Assembly (NCBI GenBank): GCA_038131935.1
Contig: JAYPQH010000011.1
Location: 1 to 11,128, forward strand
Reading direction: 5' to 3'
DNA length: 11,128 bases
From: Alphaproteobacteria bacterium
Lineage (GTDB): Bacteria > Pseudomonadota > Alphaproteobacteria > UBA8317
The notes under the pieces are model-generated. The model had not been told where the DNA came from, did not search any database, and saw only the letters and a program-made list of their open reading frames with translations. How positions within the stretch are numbered: position 1 is the first letter of the stretch; every line of letters starts with the position of its first letter. Both the position numbers and the translations under genes were made by a program. Below, piece by piece: positions 1-7,648 of the stretch.

Positions 1-1
1 A

Positions 2-1645
2 GAGTGGCATCCAACGAAGAACGGTGATCTTGAACCGACAGGTAGTTGCTTTAGTTCGCACAAGCGTATTTGGTGGCAGTGTCAGGTCAGCCCTATCCAC
101 GAATGGGAAACCAGTCCTAACGCAAGAACTAACAGTAAAACAGGTTGTCCTTATTGTCGAAATAAGAGGGTCGATGAAACAAATAGTCTGCAAACTCTCA
201 ATCCAGAAGTTGCAGAAGAATGGCATCCAACAAGGAATGGTGATCTCACACCCAATGATGTGACTTTTGGGTCGAGAAAGAGAGTTTGGTGGCAATGTTC
301 CAAAAACCCCGAACACGAATGGGAAGCAGCGGTTCACCAAAGAACAGGCGGAGACAGGACTGGTTGTCCACACTGTTCTGGAGCATCAACATCCCAACCC
401 GAAATCCGTATTCTGTGTGAATTGAAGTATCTGTTAGGTGATGAAGAGGTTGTTTGGAGAGAGCGTATTGATGGTGTCGAAGCAGACATCTTTCTACCCA
501 ATCACAATCTGGCAATCGAATATGATGGAAATCACTGGCACAAAGACAAGGGCGAGACTGATTTAGAAAAAAATGAGTTCTTTGCAAAACGAGGCATTAG
601 AACTATTAGGGTGCGTCATCGCCCTCTAGAGGCATTATCAAAACACGATGTGATTGTTCTCAAAAGAACCTTTCCAAAACAGATGTTGATGAACTGGTGT
701 GTCTCAGCATTGCATCTCTTACTGGTTTGTCACTTGATACATATGCAAAAGAACCATCGTTTCTCAATGATGAAGAGTTCAGGCGATTTGTAAGTTTTCT
801 TCCTTCACCACCACCCGAATATTCATTGAAGGGCGAGTATCCCGATGTTGCAGAACAATGGGACCGCAAAAGAACAGTCCACTAAAACCAGAGAACTTTC
901 TCATCTGGTTCTAACAAAAGAGTGTGGTGGAAATGTCCAAATGGTGATGATCATGAATGGAGAACTTCCATCCATCAACGAACTGGGAGATAAAACTGGT
1001 TGTCCATTTTGTTCTAATCGGAGAGTAAGTCAGACGAACAATCTTTTATTGAATAATCCCAAACTTGCGAGTGAATGGCACCCAACCAAAAATAGGTGAT
1101 CTCACAGCAGATAAGGTAACTGTTGTTTCTGGCAAAAGAGTTTGGTGGAAATGTCCGAATGGTGATGACCACGAGTGGGTTTCATCTGTAGGTGATAGAT
1201 ACAAAGGAAGTTGTCCTTTCTGCACCGGAAAGGGCAAGCAAGGACTACAACCTCAAAGTTCTAAATCCTAAAGTCTCCAAACAATGGCACCCCACGAAAA
1301 ATGGTGAACTCAAACCAGAAAATGTGTCTCCAAACTCAGGAAAAGTCTGGTGGCAATGTCCAGAGAGCAAAGATCATCAATGGGAATCATCAGTCCCATC
1401 GGAAATAAGAATATTGGGTGTCCTTTTGTTCTGGTCGATATGCAAGTTCAACTAACAACCTTCTTTTAACGCATCCAGAACTGGCAAAAGAATGGCATCC
1501 AACCAAGAATGGTGATTTGACACCACAAGATATAATTCAAGGTTCAGTCAAAAAGGTTTGGTGGTTATGTTCTAAGAGTGACGAACACGAATGGGAATCA
1601 ACCATCGCTAATCGAGCTAATGGAACTCAATGTCCTGTCTGCATC
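2..1645 (+). repeat. Six coding repeats of about 200 nt (65-70 aa zinc-ribbon units): about 2-160 (partial), 183-378, 822-1015, 1038-1225, 1248-1432, 1456-1645
   Basis: Recurrent DNA motifs such as GAATGGCAYCCAAC..AA.AATGGTGA and GT.TGGTGG.AATGT; each unit has C-x4-H ... C-P-x-C candidate zinc ligands. Confidence 0.9.
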
Positions 1646-1729
1646 GGTAGAGGCGTTTCAAAGCATAAATGGTTGTGTGCTGATCCACCCAATAAACCGT
1701 TAATTGTAATAAAAGAATGTTATTGCTAA
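2..1729 (+). CDS. Zinc-ribbon (DUF4379/treble-clef-like) repeat protein with a central Vsr/DUF559-like PD-(D/E)XK endonuclease domain; 5'-truncated by the window edge and split by about 6 frameshifts
   Basis: Frame +2 is open from base 2 (EWHPTKNGDL...WWQC...HEW...GCPYC). Joining frames at about 670, 870, 988, 1094, 1230 and 1400-1420 gives one protein with six repeats of L..P..A.EWHPTKNG.L.P..V..GS.K.VWW.C....HEW......R....CP.C. Bases 386-630 encode SQPEIRILCEL...EADIFLP...AIEYDGNHWH...DLEKNEFF...IRTIRVR, a Vsr/DUF559-type motif set. ORF-track entries 260..793, 697..885, 845..1099, 1065..1271, 1192..1455 and 1418..1729 are pieces of it. Confidence 0.88.
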
Positions 1730-1821
1730 CTTAGCCAGGATTGTATTTTGTTAATACACATTGAATTTATTTATGTTTATATCTTTTAAAAATGAATTGA
1801 ATTTTAGTTTGGTCTCATGTT

Positions 1822-1843
1822 TTGGACCACAAATTGTACCACA
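1822..1843 (+). promoter_or_regulatory. Candidate tyrosine-integrase arm-type binding sites (tandem direct repeat)
   Basis: TTGGACCACA (1822-1831) and TTGTACCACA (1834-1843), 9/10 identical, 12-bp period, about 125 bp inside the att core. A weaker third copy, TTGGTCTCAT, lies at 1809-1818. Confidence 0.5.
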
Positions 1844-1939
1844 CTTCTCTAGAATATAAGTTTATTGAAGAAAACTTTTTGTAATTTTCCCATTTGTTGG
1901 TAACATTAAACCATAGCAAAAGGATCGGCTTTTACATAA

Positions 1940-1952
1940 TTACAATACCTTA
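1940..1952 (+). promoter_or_regulatory. IHF-like site between the arm repeats and the att core
   Basis: TTACAATACCTTA compared with consensus WATCAANNNNTTR (2 mismatches); the position fits lambda-type att architecture. Confidence 0.3.
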
Positions 1953-1967
1953 AGGTTTTAAGCCTAC

Positions 1968-2022
1968 CACTCAAATGCGGTTCCGCAAGGAGTACCTGTC
2001 TCGAGTCAGGTCAGGGGCACCA
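1968..2022 (+). tRNA. 3' half of tRNA-Leu(CAA) (partial, att-site duplication, not a functional tRNA gene)
   Basis: CA-CTCAAA[A]-TGCGG anticodon loop plus 3' stem strand; long variable arm TCC-GCAA-GGA; T-arm ACCTG-T(C)TCGAGT-CAGGT; acceptor 3' strand CAGGGGC; discriminator A; encoded CCA at 2020-2022. There is no GCCCCTG 5' acceptor strand or D-arm upstream. One A is missing in the anticodon loop and there is one extra C in the T loop (read error or decay). Confidence 0.85.
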
Positions 2023-2373
2023 TTTGGGTCATACCATTTTAGCTTGTACCATATGGCTCGCCCTAAACATTCCGCTATGTAAAATGAGTGATGCTGAGCG
2101 CACATTTGTTATTCCTTTGCCCGTAAATAGAACCATGTTCGGTCGTGCGATAGCTACAATCAATGAGTGTCCGACCCATGTTTGCTGGTTTTTCATTTTT
2201 GGCCAGCAAATAAAAATCACATTTCTTCTTAGTTTGCGTGATTTTGTGCCAAAGATAGCAAATTGTAAAAAAATATTTTTTTATTTCTCAATATTTTCCT
2301 GTTTTGATTGGAAAAAATGCTATCTTAGGATTTACCAAAGGTCTAAGCTTATTTCCTTGAAGAGGTAGATCAT

Positions 2374-2946
2374 ATGAGTAAAATTCTGCCGAATCACTTG
2401 CAGCGAATGCAGACTATGCTGACAATTTTGGCGATAAGGAAATTTAGCCCTTCCTCCCGCAAAGGCTTTGCCATTCTGACCTGCATGGACGCGCGGTTAG
2501 ACCCAGCGCAATATGCAGGATTGTCAGAGGGAGATGCCCACGTCATCAGAAATGCAGGTGGTCGGGCAAGTGATGATGCGATCAGGTCACTGGTCATTTC
2601 TCATAAATTGCTGGGAACAAAGGAATGGTTTGTCATTCATCATACCGATTGTAGCATGGAACTGTTCACCTCTGAAATCATGGGTGACTTGCTTGCAGAG
2701 AGTCTTGAAACGGCAAGCATTGATGAGGGTGGATGGAAAAATACAGATAAATCCGGTGGTGCTGTAGACGGAAAATATATCAACTGGCTGACATTTACCG
2801 ACAATGCTGCTTCCGTCATAGAAGATGTAAACAGGATTCGAAATCATCCTTTGGTGCCAAAATATATACCCATATATGGCTACATTTATGACTGTAAAAC
2901 AGGCAAGTTGGTGGAAGTTCCAGAAGCCATGCTTGATGCTGAATAA
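2374..2946 (+). CDS. Beta-class carbonic anhydrase, clade D (family that includes COS/CS2 hydrolases)
   Basis: Zinc motifs [19 protein letters not shown] and HHTDC; C-terminal [16 protein letters not shown]; RBS GAGGT at 2362-2366. The first ~30 codons contain mutually compensating 1-nt deletions; other frames read ...[20 protein letters not shown], the usual N-terminus of this subfamily. Confidence 0.93.
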   Translation: MSKILPNHLQRMQTMLTILAIRKFSPSSRKGFAILTCMDARLDPAQYAGLSEGDAHVIRNAGGRASDDAIRSLVISHKLLGTKEWFVIHHTDCSMELFTSEIMGDLLAESLETASIDEGGWKNTDKSGGAVDGKYINWLTFTDNAASVIEDVNRIRNHPLVPKYIPIYGYIYDCKTGKLVEVPEAMLDAE

Positions 2947-2992
2947 TCTTTAAAAAGTTACATAATTATCCAATCTTTGAGAGGAGAATTTC

Positions 2993-3642
2993 ATGAGTTT
3001 GAGGATAAATGATACCATTCCTAATCTTAAGGTCATATCTGATATGGGCGATTTTTATTTGCATGAGTGGATTGGTGACCATTGGGCTATTCTATTTTCT
3101 CATCAAAAGACTTTACCCCTGTTTGCACCACTGAATTTGGCGCAGTGGCAAGTTTGCGCGACGAGTGGGAAGCTAGAAATACAAAGGTGATCGGGATATC
3201 TGTAGATAATGTCGAGGATCATAAAAATTGGAAAGAAGATATTCAAAAATATGCTCAAAATCCGGCGTATTTCCCTATCATATCAGATGTAGATTTGGCT
3301 GTTTCCAAGGCGTTTGGTATGTTGCCTGGAGAAGCTTATTTGCCAGATGGACGGACGCCTAACGACACCGCAACGGTTAGGTCTGTTTTCATTATTGGCC
3401 CAGATAAGGCGCTTAAACTTTCCATGACCTACCCGATGACGGTTGGGCGAAACTTTGCTGAGGTCCTTCGTGCACTTGATGCCCTGCAGTTGTCATCTCA
3501 AAAAGCTGTTGCGACACCCGCTGATTGGCAAAAAGGCGAGGATGTCATTATTCCTGCAACTCTGAGTGATGAAGAAGCTGAACAAAAATTTGGACCATTC
3601 AATAAAATATTGCCTTACTTGCGAAAGGTAAATGTTCATTAA
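2993..3642 (+). CDS. 1-Cys peroxiredoxin (Prx6/LsfA-like), one frameshift near 3104
   Basis: MSLRINDTIPNL...WAILFSH joins KDFTPVCTTE after restoring one C (FSHPKDFTPVCTTE, the Prx6 signature). Also TVRSVFIIGPDK, YPMTVGRNFAEVLR, ATPADW and PYLR. RBS GAGGAG at about 2981-2986. Confidence 0.95.
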
Positions 3643-3667
3643 GTCATCTTATTGAGGGTTTACATCG

Positions 3668-3705
3668 CCCCACCCTGCACGGACTTTGTTAGGTGTGGGA
3701 TGGGG
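3668..3705. terminator. GC-rich stem-loop downstream of the peroxiredoxin gene (possible terminator or mRNA stabiliser)
   Basis: CCCCACCCTGCAC...GTGTGGGATGGGG pairs over about 13 bp with G-U pairs and one mismatch; there is no U-tract on the + strand. Confidence 0.4.
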
Positions 3706-4032
3706 GAAAATTAAAAGGATCCTGAACTTGAGCAATAAAAAGATGGGCTGGTCTTTTAATTTATAAGTTTGTTTTAAAATAATTTCTTGAACATTCTGGG
3801 AAATTTAAAGACCCCCTTGTGTAAATACTGCCCTTTTTCCATCTTATATTTATGCTCATTTAACTTCTTCAATCAAATTTTACCCTGTTGCTGATGGCCA
3901 TCAAACAAATACTTTTACCTGAGTCTGCTGAATGTGAGCTGGTTAACTACAAATTTCTTCTACACAAGACGAACACTTTACTGCCATTGGTCTTGCGTGT
4001 TCTATCCATGCAGATAGTAAGAATAAGCTTAC

Positions 4033-7000
4033 CTACAAGATATCAATGGTAGAGATATCAATAACTTCATTACTTGCGAGCAGAGGGAAGGCAGTGCGCT
4101 GTCCAACGCTGTCTGAATAACATTAATATTAGGAATGTCTTGTGAACCTTCCATGATCACCTCAGCAATATCAGCCATTATATTCTGTTGAATATTTGTG
4201 ATTGTTGCGGCATCTGTAAAATCAATCTGGCCATTTGCCATTGCGGTTTCTGTGAGCACATCCGCGACGGATGATAATGAAATCAAGAAACCCTCGTTAC
4301 TAGGAATATTCAGTGACGACAAAACATTGGAAAAGGTTGTAATGGTATTCAACAAAAGTGCAGAAGCTTTTGCACCAACCACAGCTTGGTCAACAAGATC
4401 ATCGAAGTGATGGCTGTAGTCTAACAAATCGATACCTTGATCCATATCGAACACGGATAAGAGTTCTTCATTGTTCATGTTTGAGGTATTTAAAATGGTG
4501 GTAAAAATGGAGATAACAGAAGCACCCACTGGCGCACTGAGCCATAGGTTAGGAGCAATACTTCCTGTTGCTACATCAACTGTAGACTCTTTTGTGACCA
4601 CATTTATGCTGGCTATGTATTGGGGCTGTTGAGAACATATTTGCCTGCAGAGTCTGTAAATGTGAAGATCTCATCTGGATCGTGAATACCATTGGCATTT
4701 TTGTCTAGATAGACCATGGCCTCCCTGAGGGGGCCATTTTGAAAAACATAACCTTCTATAAGTTGCTCTGGCTCGGGCAAAAAATCTACATAGTTGCCAT
4801 TGATGTCACCCAGTAGAATGCCCGTTAATTCTATGTCTGTGACATCAGTGGTCATATTTTCTATAACGATTCCTGTGTCGTAGGCGGTATCTTTTGTGGT
4901 CATATGGCTCATGTCAGCCTTTGCATCCACAAACACAAATTGTTTGTCTAAGGCATCTTCATGACCCACAGCCATTTTCAAGATGGCCAACGCATCTGCC
5001 GAATTTACTTTCCCATTCTGGTTAACATCTGCTGCAATCAATTGATGAGCAGATGCATCTTGGGTGACGCCCACACTTATTTTGAGTGCTGCTAGAGCAT
5101 CCGATGCTGTGATGGCCTTTCGGTTGACGTCAGTCGCATCCACAAAAGCGTCCAAGTGATAAGCCCCTGGGGGTATATCTGTGATCTCAAAACTTCCGGA
5201 GGTCATGTTCGCGTCCATGACATGTTCATCACCAACATCACTCAATTGGGAGATGCTTACCATTCCCTCAAAGCCTATATTGCTATCTTTCCAATGGTTG
5301 GCTGATCCAGATAGGAGGTGACCTGGGTCAAATGTAAATGATTGAATGGTATCTGTGCCCTCGGTATCATTGATGAAAACATCTGTTATGCTTAATACTG
5401 TACTGCCAATTTCTTCAGTGGGGCGAAGGGTAATGGCGGCTATATTGGCTGAGGCATCATTCACAGGCGTGATAGAATAGGCTGCGTGAGGCAGCTGGCC
5501 TGCATTTAGGTTTCCAGCAACACCCGTCCATCCTTCAGGGAATTCTGATCCGACATATTCAAAGACTGCGCTGTCATAGTGCAACGTAAAGTCAAAGGCC
5601 TCGATGGCATCATTAGACATGCTGTTAAAAAGGTTTAGTTCCACATCCCCGTTTGACAATTTGCTAGCCACAATATCTATGCTTCCCGACTGACTATTTT
5701 CTTCCTGCAGAAAAGAGCCGTATAAAGATGAAGCTAAAACCTCTCTATCTGGTCCAAGTGGATGCTCTGTTGGCACACGATCAAAATCACTTTGGATGCC
5801 TTGAACGTAGGCCAACAACTCCTCAGACGTGGCATTGACCAACAGATCTGGGTCAGAGACCAAAATCGTTGTTCCAAAACTATTCCATTCGTCTTCATCA
5901 TAAAAGGAATAGGCAACTTGTTCTGTGCCGTATGCATCTTTAAAAAATTCCATATCAGCACGTATTTTATGGTCATCAGGAAATACAGCGCTACCATCTT
6001 CATAGAGGATGGATTCTATGCCTTGGCTATAGATGCGTATTTCGGTGTCATCAGTATCTGCTTCATTGATATAAGAGTAGGAAATATGGGCATCTTCATA
6101 GGCCTTCATATAAATATCGATGCTGTTGAAAATAAAATTATCTGGATCATTTTCGAGGTCACCCGAACTCACGAGAGCGGGAATTTTGTAGGTAAGCAAA
6201 TCACCTTCAAGCATAGGCATTTCATCAACATCTTGAATCGCAATCGTAACAATGCTGGTTACCTCAGCGCCTTGTTTGTCGCTTGCGGTAATGTTGAAGA
6301 TGTACTCTGGCTTGGTTTCGTAATCGAGTACGCTTAAGACAATAATGTCACCTGTGGTTTCATCTATGCCAAACGCAGAACCAAAGACTTCGGATGATAA
6401 GCTAAAGCGAAGTGTGTCATCTGGATCAATGTCATAGAATTTCGTGGCTACAGAGCCGACGACTGTTTGGGAAGTTGCATCCTCCATAACGGAAAATACC
6501 AGAGGTGTGGTAGGTCCTATTGGCGCATCGTTCACGTCATGAATGGTAAGGTTGCCAGTGCTGAACAATGTGGTTCTGAGGCTGTTTGTTATGGGATCCG
6601 AAAATTGCATCCATATCTGCAGATCTTGTCCCACATCTTCTTGGGTTAGATTATAGCTTCTATTATTTTGGCCTGTAATGGGGACCCCATTTCGATACCA
6701 GCTGATAGTCGTGGCATCAGTGGCAAAAAAGTCTGGAATAACCAATCTATCACCTTGGAAAGCATCTCCTTCAAGCACCAACATATCTCGATGCTCGGTA
6801 AGGCTGGCCATAAATCTTAATGGTGCTGTGCTATCGTTGATATGTACAATATCTTCCAGATTGGCTTCTACATAAATAAAGGAATCTGTGGAAGCTTGGG
6901 ACCACATACCTAATTCGTCTGCGATCATTGATCCATCAAATTCAATGCCATAACCGGAGTATGGCATGGGACTTACCAAACCGCCTCCAAAGGGTCTTCT

Positions 7001-7356
7001 GAGTCATATATTTTATAGGATTTCGCGTCATATTCGTCCCCAACATACAGGCGTAATGAGCTTATTCCTCCCCCACTATCAGCCGGCATGAATGGGTCGA
7101 AGGGATCTATGCTGGGGTTGAATGGATCACTATCGGCTAACGTGAATTCTTGCAATGGAAATCCATTTGGATTGGTTGTGTCATAGGTTGCAAAATCTAG
7201 CTGCAATGATTGGTAGGTATAGGGGCTGTAGGTGTCAAAGCGCCAATTGGTTAGCGTGGACGTAAATTGATATGTTGATGTCGACGGAATGCGATTGTAA
7301 CTCAATTCATGAAGAGTCTCGGTTTGTGTTCTGTTTTCTAAGATAATTTCCTGCAT
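4033..7356 (-). CDS. Large acidic surface/secreted protein A (about 1100 aa): N-terminal unknown region, Ig-like, cadherin, linker, cohesin-like, beta-sandwich+dockerin module, SdrD-B-like, helical C-terminus; frameshifts near 6978, 4625 and 4083
   Basis: ORFs 6973..7554, 4613..6979 and 4029..4601 abut in different frames. A single domain runs across the 4625 break (VYLDKNANGIHDPDEIFTFTDSAGKYVL / QYIASINVVTKESTVDVATG...LSAPVGASVISIFTT). The start is uncertain (ATG at 7356 preferred). An alternative frame after about 4083 ends LLASNEVIDISTIDIL* at 4033. No Sec signal peptide is visible. Confidence 0.8.
4784..5320 (-). repeat. 179-aa beta-sandwich+dockerin module, copy 1 (paralog of 8546-9082)
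   Basis: ITASDALAALKISVG...AADVNQNGKVNSADALAILKMAVG...GILLGDING. It aligns without gaps to copy 2, with 101/179 identical residues by manual count. Confidence 0.9.
5335..5686 (-). other. Cohesin-like domain in protein A
   Basis: DAIEAFDFTLHYDSAVFEYVGSEFPEGW...NIAAITLRP...GSTVLSITDVFIND matches the cohesin pattern (I..f.f.l.YD...l.....; la.l.f; g...l.i....ind). Recognised by eye, not by HMM. Confidence 0.75.
6216..6538 (-). other. Cadherin domain in protein A
   Basis: DVNDAP...VMED...YDID...FGIDETTGDI...LDYETKPEY.FNITASD...IQDVDEMP: all canonical Ca-binding cadherin motifs. It is preceded (about 6540-6785) by an Ig-like repeat SWYRNGVPITG...YNLTQEDVGQ. Confidence 0.9.
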
Positions 7357-7559
7357 AACCGATCGTACCCATGTCCCTAAATTTTCATACCTAAGAGGTA
7401 AACTGAAACCTGTCTTTTTCAAGTTTGACGTAAACTGCTCAAAAACCTTAAGTTCTGAAATGATGAGAAAATTTTGCCCGAAGCAAATGAAGGTGTTGTT
7501 TAAAAAACAGCAGAATAATCGCCGACGAGGGCTTGAGTTTGCGCTGTGCAACAAACATT

Positions 7560-7614
7560 TTCATGATGCGGATGGCTTGATCAAGGGTGGCCATTGCGAC
7601 TGCCCCATCATGAA
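7560..7614. promoter_or_regulatory. Nested inverted repeat in the divergent intergenic region
   Basis: TTCATGATGCGG (7560-7571) / CCCCATCATGAA (7603-7614), 11/12 complementary, enclosing ATGGC/GCCAT (7572-7576/7590-7594). The palindrome GGATATATCC follows at 7619-7628. Confidence 0.4.
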
Positions 7615-7648
7615 TCTAGGATATATCCAGGATAGATAAAAGGAACGC

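Larger units (their letters stand above)
1..2022. mobile_element. Right-hand end of an integrative element/genomic island inserted in tRNA-Leu(CAA)
   Basis: Isolated tRNA 3' half at 1968-2022, preceded by an AT-rich spacer with tandem 10-bp direct repeats. An accessory-type nuclease gene lies to the left and metabolic genes to the right. No integrase is visible in the window. Confidence 0.72.

Noticed and set aside
1-1650. Periodic DNA repeats as a CRISPR array
   Set aside because: The period is about 200 nt, the copies are degenerate at third codon positions and they translate into a protein repeat; there is no repeat-spacer structure.
1935-2022. Complete functional tRNA-Leu gene
   Set aside because: No 5' acceptor strand complementary to CAGGGGC, no D-arm, and the anticodon stem pairs for only 2 bp.
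2019-2054. Three ACCATWT copies after the tRNA end, including TTGTACCATA (2044-2053) resembling the arm repeat
   Set aside because: Too short, irregularly spaced (14 and 15 nt) and outside the predicted island; chance cannot be excluded.
2024-2368. ORFs 2024..2368 (+) and 2029..2220 (-)
   Set aside because: No RBS or recognisable motifs; the + ORF runs through an AT-rich promoter-like tract, and both are probably spurious.
246-2847. Short antisense or off-frame ORFs over the zinc-ribbon and CA genes (246..587, 660..869, 1046..1237, 2394..2597, 2513..2767, 2587..2847)
   Set aside because: They are shadow frames of recognised genes.
7357-7554. Upstream extension of ORF 6973..7554 from a TTG start
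   Set aside because: The translated extension is Phe/Cys/Lys-rich, unlike the acidic body, and overlaps the likely divergent promoter region.
7596-7606. GCGACTGCCCC resembling part of a cobalamin riboswitch
   Set aside because: The upstream GGGAA element, the following GCAACTGT and the B12 box are all missing.
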